Of a stretch of DNA of 64,000 nucleotides, positions 40,215-51,565 are shown in pieces (the stretch's first letter is position 1; the number at the start of each line of letters is the position of its first letter). A program made the position numbers and the translations under genes. Below the pieces are notes generated by a model. That model did no database searches and was not told the origin of the DNA. It saw only the letters and a list, made by a program, of their open reading frames with translations. The stretch comes from Endomicrobiales bacterium (lineage in GTDB: Bacteria > Elusimicrobiota > Endomicrobiia > Endomicrobiales > CAWCFT01), in NCBI GenBank assembly GCA_963794945.1, contig CAWCFT010000009.1, forward strand, positions 1 to 64,000, read 5' to 3'.

Positions 40215-43200
40215 TCATTGCCCCCGGCAACCGGCACTTTGCGCAATTTTTTTGATATGCGGTCAAACCATAAATAGATAACGGGGGTTGTAAAAAGAGT
40301 TAGCGCCTGGCTTAAGATCAGCCCGCCGATTATTGAAATTCCCAAAGGGGTGCGAAGCTCGGAACCCATTCCCGTGCCCAGGGCTAACGGCAAAGCTCCG
40401 AACAGGGCTGCCATTGTCGTCATCATTATCGGCCTGAAACGCAAGAGGCTGGCCTGATATATAGCCTCTTCCGGTGTTTTCCCTTCCGTTCTCTCGGCAT
40501 CTATAGCAAAATCCACCATTATAATTCCGTTCTTTTTTACAATGCCTATAAGCAGAATTATGCCTATTAGTGCAATGACGCTCAGGTCCATTTTGAAAAG
40601 CATCAGCGATAATAGCGCTCCGACACCTGCTGAAGGTAAAGTTGACAAAATCGTTAACGGGTGGATATAACTTTCGTATAACACACCCAGAACGATGTAA
40701 ACAACAACCAGGCCGCGAGTATCAAGATCGGTTCATTGGTAAGCGAAGACTGGAATGCCTGCGCCGTGCCCTGGAATGAGCCTATAACGCTGGCGGGAAG
40801 CTTCATTTTTCGTGTTACTGAGTTCATTATGTCAACGGCCTTGCCAAGCGATACTCCTCTCGCGATGTTAAACGACAATGATATAGCAGGGAACTGTCCT
40901 ATATGGCTTATGACCAGCGGCCCGCTTGTCTGCGCAGTTTGAACTATAACGTCAAGCGGCACTTTTCCGGCACTTCCAGTTCCTGTTCAAATAAATGTCA
41001 TGAAGGTTTGCCGGAGACTGTTTGTATTCCGGTTTTACTTCGAGAATAACGCGGTACTGGTTGGCCTGAGTAAATATGGTGGATACCTGCCGCTGGCCGA
41101 AAGCGCTGTAGAGCACGTTATCTATCATTTGTGTGGTTATGCCGAGCCTTGAGGCTTTATCGCGGTCGATATTCAAAGTTATCTGCATGCCTTTATCCTG
41201 CTGGTCGCTTGAGACATCGCGTAGTTTCGGTTGAGCTCGCAGAGCGTCAACAAGTTTCGGGGCCAGGACGTTCAGTTCTTCGTAGTTCGGGTCTTCAAGG
41301 CTGTACTGGTACTGGGCGCGAGTAACCGCTGTTTCAACTGTAAGGTCCTGCACAGCCTGCATATATAGGGTTATACCGGTTACTTTCGTTATACTATCCC
41401 TCAAACGGCGTATAACATCGCTTGCCGAAAGTTTCCGTTTTTCAAGAGGTTTAAGGTTTATAAGCATTCTGCCGCTGTTAAGCGTTGTATTTGTTCCGTC
41501 AACACCGATAAAAGAGGATAGGCTTTCAACTGCGGGGTCTTTGAGTATTTCTTTGGCAAGGGCCTGCTGGCGTTCAGCCATGGCGGTAAATGAGACCCAT
41601 TGCGGCGCTTCGGAAACACCGAGTATGGCTCCGGTATCCTGTACCGGAAAAAATCCTTTGGGCATAAGCATGAATAATATTACCGTAAGGACAAGTGTGC
41701 CGACAAAAACCCTCAACATCATCTGCTGGTGATCAAGAACCCATTTTAAGCCGTTACCGTAAAGACTAATTATATCGTCAAACATTTTCTGGGACGTCTT
41801 ATAAAACTTCCCCTGGTCTTTTTCCGGGGTGTGTTTCAAAAATCTCGCGCACATCATAGGGGTCAGGGTAAGCGAAACTATCGCTGAAAATATTATAGTT
41901 ACCGAAAGCGTGATCGCGAATTCGCGGAACAGCCTGCCGACAACGTCGCTCATGAACAGCAAAGGAATAAGCACCGCGATAAGCGAAATGCTTAAAGAAA
42001 CTATGGTAAACGCGACTTCCCCAGATCCCTGAAGCGCGGCCTTCAAGAGGAGTATCCCCCCGTTCAATATAACGCGAAATATTTTCTATCATAACGATAG
42101 CGTCATCAACTACAAAACCGGTAGCAATGGTAAGCGCCATAAGTGAAAGGTTGTTTAAACTAAAATCCAGAACATACATAATACCGAAAGTCCCTATTAA
42201 AGACACCGGCACGGCGACCGCCGGGATAATGGTACCCGATGCAGTTCTTAAGAACAAAAATATAACCAGAACAACGAGTAATATAGAAAGCATGAGCTCG
42301 AATTGAATATCCTTGACCGAATCGCGAATAGTTGTGGTCCTGTCAGTCAATATCGAAATATGTATGGCTGACGGCAGGGATTTCGAAAGCGAAGGAAGCA
42401 TTTTTTTTATGCGGTCAACTACGGCGATGACGTTCGTATTGGGCTGGCGTTGGATATTAATAATTACCGCAGGTTTATCGTTCATCCAGGCCGCCTGGTC
42501 CACGTTCTCGGCCCCGCTAACAGCAGTTGCGACATCGGACAACCGTATAGGAAGGCCGTTGCGGTAAGCGACGATTATAGGCATATAATCTTTGTTTGAA
42601 ACAAGCTGGTCGTTGGCTCCAATAACGGAAGACTGCCTCGGGCCGTCAAACCCGCCTTTGGCTAGGTTCACGTTCGCGCTCGCAAGGGCTGTCCTGAGGT
42701 CTTCAAGCGTCAATCCGTAGGCCGCGAGGGCTGTCGGGTTGGCCTGTATCCTTATAGCGGGGCGCTGTCCCCCGCTTATGGTCACAAGGCCTACACCGGA
42801 CACCTGTGAAAGTTTTTGGGCCAGTTTGGTGTTTGCAAGGTCTTCGACATTCAGGAGCGGCAGTGTTTCGGATGTGAGAGCCAGAGTGATAACCGGAGCA
42901 TCTGCCGGGTTAACCTTATTATAAACCGGCGGATTTGGAAGGTCGGTAGGAAGAAATGTTGTCGCAGCGTTTATCGCAGCCTGTACTTCCTGCTCGGCAA
43001 CATCAAGGCTTAAATTCAGATCGAACTGAAGAGTTATCACTGAACTTCCGCCGGAACTTGTAGAGCGCATCTGTTTGAGGCCAGGCATCTGGCCGAACTG
43101 GCGCTCAAGAGGAGACGTAATAGAAGACGCAATTACTTCGGGGCTCGCGCCGGGGTAAAATGTCATTATCTGTATTATGGGATAGTCCACCTGAGGCAGG

Positions 43201-43307
43201 GCGGAAACCGAAAGCTGGGTGTAAGCTACCGCGCCGGCTAAAATGATCGCAGCCATAAGCAGAGTGGTCGCTACAGGCCTGAGGATAAATATGCGTGATG
43301 GGTTCAT
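40211..43307 (-). CDS. mdtB: RND permease MdtB/MuxB-like (three frameshifts)
   Basis: [39 protein letters not shown]. Four ORF fragments are collinear. Confidence 0.85.
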
Positions 43308-44652
43308 TATTTGGCTCTGGGTGGTTTTGAATTCCCTGAATGAGTTTTAGCGTTGCCGGCAGATGAGTCGGTTGCGCCACCGGCAGGCGCGCCTTGCATC
43401 TGTAGATCAACCTTACTGCCCTCTTTGAGTTTATCGGCCCCTTCAATAACTACGATATCCCCCGGAGACACACCTTTGTCTATGGAGACGTTATCACCTT
43501 CGCTCGGGCCTGTTGCCACTGTTTGCACTGTCACGGTGTGGTCAGGTTTTACAACATAAACATAATTGTCCTGCGGTCCCTGCTGTATTGCCGCTGCAGG
43601 GACTATTGTCGCGTTCCTTTTTGTATCTACAAGAAGCCTTATATTAACAAACTGGTTCGGGAACAACTCGTTCGCTTTATTGCTGAAAAGAGCTTTAAGT
43701 TTTACCGTGCCTGTATTAGGATCAACCTGGTTATCGATAGCGAGCAAAGATCCTGTGGCAAGCACCGTTTCATCACTCCTGTTATAAGCTAAAGCTGTTA
43801 TACTTATGCCTGAATTGAACCGGTTAAGCACCTTGGGGATATTATCTTCAGGAATAGAAAAGACAACTGTCATCGGCTGCATCTGAGTTATAACAGCAAG
43901 CCCGTTGGCATCCGACGCGTGAACGATATTCCCCTGGTCAACGGCCCTTAGCCCTATCAGCCCGCCAACCGGAGCCGTAATCGTGCAGTATTCCAACTGA
44001 AGCTTTGCGTTGTCTACCTGGCCCTGATCCAATTTTACCTGGCCGTCGTATTGTTCAACTAGTGCTTTTTGCGTGTCAACCTGCTGTTTCTGAATAGAGT
44101 CCTGTTCCAGCAGTTTCTTGTACCTTTCATAATCCAGCTTGGCGTTGTTTAATAAAGCCTCGTCTTTTTCAAATTGCCCTTGCGTTTCGTTCAACTGCGC
44201 CTGAAACGGTCTGGGGTCTATCTGTGCCAGAACATCTCCATTTTTGACTATCTGCCCTTCCTTGAACTGTACCTTGACCAATTGTCCGTCAACTCGCGTA
44301 TGCAACGTTATAGTGTTTAGCGGAGTAACCGAACCCAGGCCGGTAAGAAAAATATTTATATCTTTGGCCTTCGCCTGCGCGCCCACTACCGGTACGGCCA
44401 TTGATAAACCCTTTTTTGCGTTCGCGGCGTCTTTGCCGGAAAATATTTTAAACGCGCAAAAAATAACAAGAAAGAATAAAACAGCTGAGCTGCGAACCCG
44501 GTCCATCGGTTCCTGAATTTCGGCGGAACATATAATAACAATTTACTTATCGTTGGTTGGCAGGCCAGCCAGTAATGATCTAACTTGGCCAGCAGTTGCT
44601 GTTTGAGCGGTTTCTCAGTATTGATCTTCTCATCTTTTGGACCCGGCTGCAT
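43307..44652 (-). CDS. mdtA: RND membrane fusion protein MdtA/MuxA-like (frameshift near 44500)
   Basis: [46 protein letters not shown] and ATG at 44652. Confidence 0.85.
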
Positions 44653-45053
44653 AAAGTTTTACCTCCAAATTGACAAAGCCCTAATATCTACTAAGTATAC
44701 TAATTTTGACCATATTAAAACCCAAAAAGTTCCATATTTATGAAAATATTTTACGCTTTAATATTTTCCTGTAATCTAAGCAAAAAAAGCAACAGTTCTA
44801 TGCCCTGTCGCTTGTTAAATTATAACATAAATACTGCTAACATCACAATCAGTAGTTTACCTCCTGCTTCACTGTAAGCTTAAACTAGTACTAATAAATC
44901 AGTTTTTCGATAACTGAAGTCATTTCTTATAGAGAAACACTATGGTAAACTAATTCTAAAACTAGAATACAGAAGATTTCAATAAGTTCATCACCTAGCT
45001 AGAATAATGAATAGTGAAACGAAAGCGAAACATGGGTATCCGCCGATCCAATT

Positions 45054-46527
45054 ATGAAAGGACAATTTATTATTTTAATTATTTTCGGTATTCTCTTGAG
45101 CGGTTGCGCTGTGGGACCGAAATTTAGCAGCCCGAAAATGGCAAACATGACCGGGTATGCGCTAGACATATCTACCGGAGAACCATCTGCCGGTAATGCC
45201 GGTTACAGAATGCAGGCTTTTGCCCCGGGCGAAGATATCCCCGCCCAGTGGTGGGAGCTGTTTCACTCAAAAGCGCTTGACACCCTCATAAAGCGGGCCA
45301 TCGCGAACAGCCCGACTCTAACGGCCGCACGAGACCTTAAGTAACGCACGCGAACAAAGGCGCGCTCAGTCCGGTGCGTTATTCTTTCCTTCAGTTGATA
45401 TCGGCCTGTCCGCGACCCGTGAAAAATTCAACGGAGTAGCTATCGGTATTCCGGAGCTCGGCACGACCGTATTCACGCTCTACGACGCCTCAGTCAACGT
45501 GTCCTATGTGTTCGACGTTTTCGGAGGCAGCCGCAGGCAAGTGGAAGCCATGAGGGCTCTAGAGGAATACCAAAACTTCCAGCTCGAGGCTGCCTACCTT
45601 ACGCTGACCACCAACATAGTCACAACAGCCGTTCGGGAAGCGTCACTTAGGGCACAGCTTAACGCAACATTGGAAATATCCTCCACGCAGGAAAAGCAGC
45701 TCGGTATAATAGAGAAACGATTCGACGTCGGAGCGGCCTCTCTAACTGAGGTCCTTACCCAGAAAACGCTTCTCGCACAGGTTAAGGCATCAGTGCCTCA
45801 AATTGAAAAGCAGATCGAATCCACGCACCGTTTGCTGGCGGTCCTGGCTGGAATTATGCCTGGAGCAGCGTCACCCCAGCCTGACAATGCTTCCTTTATA
45901 CCAGAATTCCGGCTTGAGGAGCTCACTCTTCCTGAAAAACTGCCGGTAAGCGTTCCGGCGCTTTTGGTGCGGCACCGCCCTGACATCCGCGCCCAGGAGG
46001 CGTTACTGCACCAGTCTAGCGCGCAGATCGGTGTTACTGACGCTAACCTTCTGCCGCGTATCACCCTCGCCGGTAATGAGTCGTGGGAGTCAGGTTCAAC
46101 GGACAATTTGTTCAGTAACGATAACAACACGTGGCTATACATTATCGGGCTACAGCAGCCTGTATTTCAAGGGGGCGCGCTTACAGCCCAGCGCCGCGCG
46201 GCTATAGCAGCCTACAACGAGGCGGCGGCACAGTACCGGCAAACAGTTCTGGTCGCTTTCGAGAACGTCCAGGATTCCCTTCGTGCCATAGACAAAGATT
46301 CGGCCACGCTCGATGCTGAGTCGCTGGCAAAAGATTCGGCGGCTAAATCTCTGGATGTCACTCAAAAACAATTCACGCTCGGAGCGGTCAGCTATCCGCT
46401 CCTGCTTGCCGCTCAGCAGCAGTACCAGCAGACAGATATAAGTTTTGTGCAGGCGCAGGCGGCTCTATATGCCGATACGGCCGCGCTTTTCCAGGCGCTT
46501 GGCGGAGGATGGTGGAACCATGGCTAA
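45054..46527 (+). CDS. RND efflux outer-membrane lipoprotein (frameshift near 45335)
   Basis: Lipobox LSGCAVGP, IPAQWWELF, RHRPDIRA, FQALGGGWWN. Confidence 0.9.
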
Positions 46528-47620
46528 ACGTATGATCTTAATGTTGTTAATGGTCGGGATATTATTCGGCGGTATATTCGGTTTTAAGCTGCTGCAGGCC
46601 TCAATGCAGAAAAAATATATGTCAAAATTTCAGATGCCTCCGGTCGTCGTCTCGGCCGTGAAAGCCGAAGATCAGAAATGGCAGGATCAATTCAAGGCTG
46701 TGGGCAGCCTCCGCGCCGTAAACGGCGTCTTCGTCACCTGCGAGGTTGCCGGCATGGTGCAGAGCATACATTTCAGGCCCGGTGACCATGTAAAGAAAGG
46801 TGACCTGCTCGTACAGTTAAACGCAGATTCAGACATAGCCTTGCTGCGTTCGCTTAAGGTGCAGGCGGAACTCGCCGCAACCGTCTATGAGCGCGACAAG
46901 AAACAGCTAGAGGTGCAGGCTATAAGCAAAGAGACTCTTGACGCCGCAAAGGCCGATCTCGACAGCAAGCGCGCCCAGGCCGAGGAGCAGAGGGCTCTCG
47001 TCGTTAAAAAGAGCATCATTGCGCCATTCGACGGCAAGCTAGGCATCAACAATGTCACTTTGGGGCAGTACCTCAACCCCGGCAGCACAATCGTGAGCCT
47101 GCAGGCGCTGGGCACACTTTACCTCGATTTCTTTCTACCCCAGCAGAGCGTCTCTAACATTTCCGTTGGCCAGCAGGTCTTCTTTACAGTAGACGCATAC
47201 CCCGGGAAACGTTCAACCGGTATAATAACCAGTATCAACCCCAACATAGATCCCGCCACGCGTAACATCGAAGTGGAGGCTACAGTTAAAAATCCGGAAC
47301 AATCTCTCTTACCCGGCATGTTCGTTTCCCTCGACCTCCTTGTCGGCAAAGAAGCGCAATACATAACAGTGCCCCAGACGGCAGTGACGTATAACCCCTA
47401 CGGCGATATTATTTATTTGATAGAAAACAACAAGGCAAAACAGGTCTTAGTTGACGTGGGTGAGACCCGGGGAGACCAGGTCTCTATCGTCAAAGGCGTT
47501 AAAGAAGGAGACACGGTCATTACCGCCGGCCAGTTAAAGCTTAAAAACGGAAGCCCGGTCGTCATAAACAACAAGATACAGCCCTCTTTCGTAGAAGAAC
47601 CGGACCCGAACGATGAATAA
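46520..47620 (+). CDS. RND membrane fusion protein (MexH/MexV-like)
   Basis: MAKRMILML, AVGSLRAVNGV, IAPFDGKLGI, LLPGMF, VPQTAVTYNPYGD. Confidence 0.9.
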   Translation: MAKRMILMLLMVGILFGGIFGFKLLQASMQKKYMSKFQMPPVVVSAVKAEDQKWQDQFKAVGSLRAVNGVFVTCEVAGMVQSIHFRPGDHVKKGDLLVQLNADSDIALLRSLKVQAELAATVYERDKKQLEVQAISKETLDAAKADLDSKRAQAEEQRALVVKKSIIAPFDGKLGINNVTLGQYLNPGSTIVSLQALGTLYLDFFLPQQSVSNISVGQQVFFTVDAYPGKRSTGIITSINPNIDPATRNIEVEATVKNPEQSLLPGMFVSLDLLVGKEAQYITVPQTAVTYNPYGDIIYLIENNKAKQVLVDVGETRGDQVSIVKGVKEGDTVITAGQLKLKNGSPVVINNKIQPSFVEEPDPNDE

Positions 47621-47628
47621 ATTAACAG

Positions 47629-47783
47629 CAATCTCGAATAAACAATTTCGAATCTCGAAGAAATATCAAATATGCAATAAGAAAACTGCAAAATAGCGTT
47701 GAATTGAAGTTAGAAATATTTTCTGCTATTTAATATTAATTATTGCAGTTTGTTTCGGATTTCGAGATTGTATATTCGAAATT
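47629..47783. repeat. Long imperfect AT-rich inverted repeat between MFP and RND genes
   Basis: Arms CAATCTCGAA/TTCGAGATTG, AATTTCGAAT/ATTCGAAATT, AAACTGCAA/TTGCAGTTT, AATAGC/GCTATT. Confidence 0.6.
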
Positions 47784-47800
47784 ATTTTACTGAGGTAAAT

Positions 47801-50800
47801 ATGAAATTTACAGACTTATTCATTAAACGGCCGGTGTTGGCCACTGTCGTCAGCCTGCTTGTACTCGTGCTGGGGCTGCGTTCCATGTCCCTGCTGCCGG
47901 CAAGGCAGTACCCGGTCACGCAGACAGCGGTGATAAACGTAAGCACAACGTATTTCGGCGCCGACCCGTCGCTGGTGGCGGGTTTTATCACCACGCCTCT
48001 CGAAACCGCTATAGCTCAGACCAACGGGATAGACTATCTGACATCAACGAGCCTGCTTGGCGTAAGCTCTATACAGGCATACCTGCGGCTCAATTATGAC
48101 GCGGACAAGGCGCTTACGGAGCTCTCCGCCAAGGTCAACTCCGTGCTTAACCAGCTCCCCCGAGAATCCCAGCAGCCGGTCATCACACTGCAGACCGGCG
48201 AAACGGTCGACTCGATGTACATAGGTTTCTATAGCGAAGTCCTCCCCACAAACAAGATCACCGACTACCTTATCAGGGTTGTTCAGCCGAAGCTGCAGAC
48301 CGTGCCCGGCGTTCAGACGGCTGAGATATTGGGGCAGAGGCAGTTCGCCCTGCGGGCGTGGCTCGACCCCGACAAAATGGCGGCGCATAACGTCACCTCA
48401 ACCGAGGTCTCGAACGCGCTCGCGGCCAACGACTTCATCTCAGCGGTAGGAAGGACCAAGGGGCTCATGGTGGCGAGCGAGCTTACCGCGGCGACGGGGC
48501 TGCACTCGGTGGAAGAATTCAAGAGCCTCGTGATAAAATCCAGCGGCGGAGCCGTTGTGCGCCTAAGCGACGTCGCGAACGTCACCCTCGGCGCCGACAA
48601 TTACGACACCGCCGTTTCTTTTGACGGAAAGAGCGCGGTGTTTATAGGCATACAGGTCTCGCCTGCCGCGAACCTGCTCTCTGTCGCCGCGGGCGTGCGC
48701 AAGGTTTTCCCCTCCGTGCAGCAGGAACTGCCGGTGGGCTTGAGCGGCCGCATAGTTTACGACGCCACTAAATACGTCAACAACGCCGTCAGCGAAGTTG
48801 TTCTGGACGCTGATCAAAGCGCTTATCATAGTAACGCTTGTTATTTTCTTTACTCTCGGCACAGTGCGTTCGGTCATCATACCTACCATAGCCATACCAC
48901 TTTCGCTGGTAGGGGCATTCTTCATAATGCTTTTGCTGGGCTACTCCATAAACCTGCTTACCCTGCTCTCATTGGTTCTCGCCATCGGACTTGTTGTGGA
49001 CGACGCTATTATAGTTGTAGAGAACACCCAGCGCCACATAGAAAGCGGTGCGCCGCCTATGCAGGCAGCCCTTGAAGGCGCGAGGGAGCTCGCGGGGCCC
49101 ATCATAGCCATATCTGTGGTGCTTATAGCGGTGTACATTCCTATAGGGTTCATGGGCGGTTTAACTGGCGCGTTGTTTACCGAGTTTGCCTATACGCTGG
49201 CTGGCGCCGTAGCCATCTCCGCCATTGTCGCGCTGACGCTGTCGCCCATGATGAGCTCGCGGTTCCTAAAGAACAGGGCCGAGTGCCACAAGGAAAAGTT
49301 GTCATGTTTTATCACTAAGGAGTTCGATAAACTGCGCGACGTCTACGAGAAACTGCTCAAGGGCAGCCTTAAATACCTGCCTGTGACCGGTGTCTTCGCA
49401 GCCATTATACTCGCCAGTAACTACTTCCTTTTTGTTTCATCCAAAAGCGAGCTCGCGCCCCAAGAGGACCAGGGTATAATCATAAATTCCATGCAGGCGG
49501 CTCCTGATGCTTCGCTTCAACAGACCAGGCTCTACACGAGGCAGGTGTTCGAACACCTCTGGTCCTTCCCCGAAAAAGACCACACCTTCCAGTTCGACGG
49601 CGTGGCGGGGCTTAACTCCGCTATAGCAGGCCTCGTGCTTTCCCCATGGGACGAGCGCAAACGCACAGCCGCTCAGCTTCAACCGCTGGTGCAAAAGGGG
49701 CTCGACGGTATAACCGGGCTCCGCAGCGTAGCCTTCCAGCCTCCCCCTCTGCCGGGCGGCGGCAGGGGCCTGCCGGTGCAGTTCGTTGTGGAAACAACGG
49801 AATCGTTCGACAGGTTAAACACAGTTTCTCAGGACCTTACCGACCGTGCCCGCAAGACCGGCCTGTTCGCTTACGTAGATACGGACCTTAAAATTGATAA
49901 ACCCCAGATAAGCGTCGAGATGAACCGCGACATGATAGCCCTTCTCGGCCTAACCATGAGCGATGTTGGCGGTGCGCTCTCCAGCATGCTCGGCGAGGGC
50001 TACGTAAACTATTTCAGCCTTGGCGGCCGATCATACAAGGTAATACCCCAGGTTATGCAGAAAGACAGGCTCAACGCCGACCAGATCAAAGGCTATTACA
50101 TCCCGGCCGGCGGGATGACCATACCGGTCTCGACAGTTGCTACGCTCAAAAAAAGCGTGGTGCCGGAATCCATCAACCATTTCCAGCAGCTTAATTCCGC
50201 TACCATCTCCGCCGTGCCATCGAACGGAGTAACGCTGGGGCAGGCGTTGGAGTCCTTAACTGCCATTGCAAAGCAGACACTTCCGTCGGGTTACAGTGTT
50301 GATTACAGCGGAGTGTCCAGGCAGTATGTGCAGGAATCAAGCGCGCTGATTGTGACCTTCTTTTTCTCGATGGTGATAATCTTCCTCGCGCTCTCGGCGC
50401 TGTTCGAGAGCTTCCGTGACCCTTTCATAGTGCTTATAAGCGTACCGATGTCCGTGTGCGGCGCGATGATATTTATTTCTCTCGGAATAGGCGGCTCGAG
50501 CTTGAACATTTATACTGAGGTGGGCCTCGTAACGCTGATCGGACTTATAAGCAAACACGGCATACTGATAGTGCAGTTCGCCAACGACCAGCAGAAGGAA
50601 GGCAAAAGCAAGTTCGACGCGATAGTAGCTGCGTCAACAATCCGCCTGCGGCCGATACTTATGACAACAGCGGCCACAGTGCTTGGCGTAGTACCGCTGG
50701 TAACGGCAACCGGCGCGGGCGCGGCAAGCAGGTTCAACATGGGCCTTGTGATAATGACGGGGATATCGATAGGCACCCTGTTTACACTGTTCGTGGTTCC

Positions 50801-50915
50801 CGCCATGTACCTCTTTATGGCGGTAAACCTCACGGAAACAAAAAGCGCTATAAACGAATACCTTGAAAATATCAAACAGCCCGAGCCTGTCGGAAGCGGA
50901 TTGCAGTCAAAATAG
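47801..50915 (+). CDS. RND permease MexI/MexW-like (frameshift near 48800)
   Basis: MKFTDLFIKRPVLA, GLVVDDAI, SELAPQEDQG, GLISKHGILIVQFAN, RLRPILMTT. Confidence 0.9.
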
Positions 50916-50985
50916 GTGAATAAAGGCGGGATTTACGACGCGGCTAAAACTTAAGTATTAGCTGTCCAATTCTACGCTAAACTGA

Positions 50986-51564
50986 TTAAATAGTATGTGA
51001 AATATATTTATATTCCCTGATCCGGCATTTGCGTTCAGCTGTTACAGCGCCTACCCAAGGCCAGGGCAAAGCCAATGGTTTAATATACCAGGCTTGCTGT
51101 TCAAGTTCGACTTTTGTCCAAGTTTTATTTAATGATACGGAAAAACTCTGTAAACTGACGGATAATCCCTTGCCTTGCGCCTTAACGACTGATTCCTTCC
51201 TTGTCCAATAGTCATAAAATACCGGTTCCCATTTTTCCAATGATATTTGTTCCATCTGCTGGAACTCCTTTGGTGAAAAGCAGGTCTTAGCAAGGCTAGA
51301 TTTTTCATCGATTGGCAATATCTTTTCAATATCTATACCTATGCCCGGGAAACCAGTAACCGCTAAAACGGTAAATCCGCCTGTATGGGAAAGATTAAAG
51401 AATATTCCTTTATTATCCTGCAATTCGGGTTTACCCCATTGTGTCTTAGTAAATAAAATATCATCGGGATCCTTACTTATATACCGCGAAAGGATATGTC
51501 GGCGGATATTATTATCTTCTGAATCAATATGCCAGATGTGTATCTCGTTATGAAGTTCTCTCAT
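50986..51564 (-). CDS. 4'-phosphopantetheinyl transferase (Sfp type)
   Basis: GKP, FNLSHT, IGIDIE, WTRKESVVKAQGKGL. Confidence 0.9.
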   Translation of the reverse strand: MRELHNEIHIWHIDSEDNNIRRHILSRYISKDPDDILFTKTQWGKPELQDNKGIFFNLSHTGGFTVLAVTGFPGIGIDIEKILPIDEKSSLAKTCFSPKEFQQMEQISLEKWEPVFYDYWTRKESVVKAQGKGLSVSLQSFSVSLNKTWTKVELEQQAWYIKPLALPWPWVGAVTAERKCRIREYKYISHTI

Positions 51565-51565
51565 C

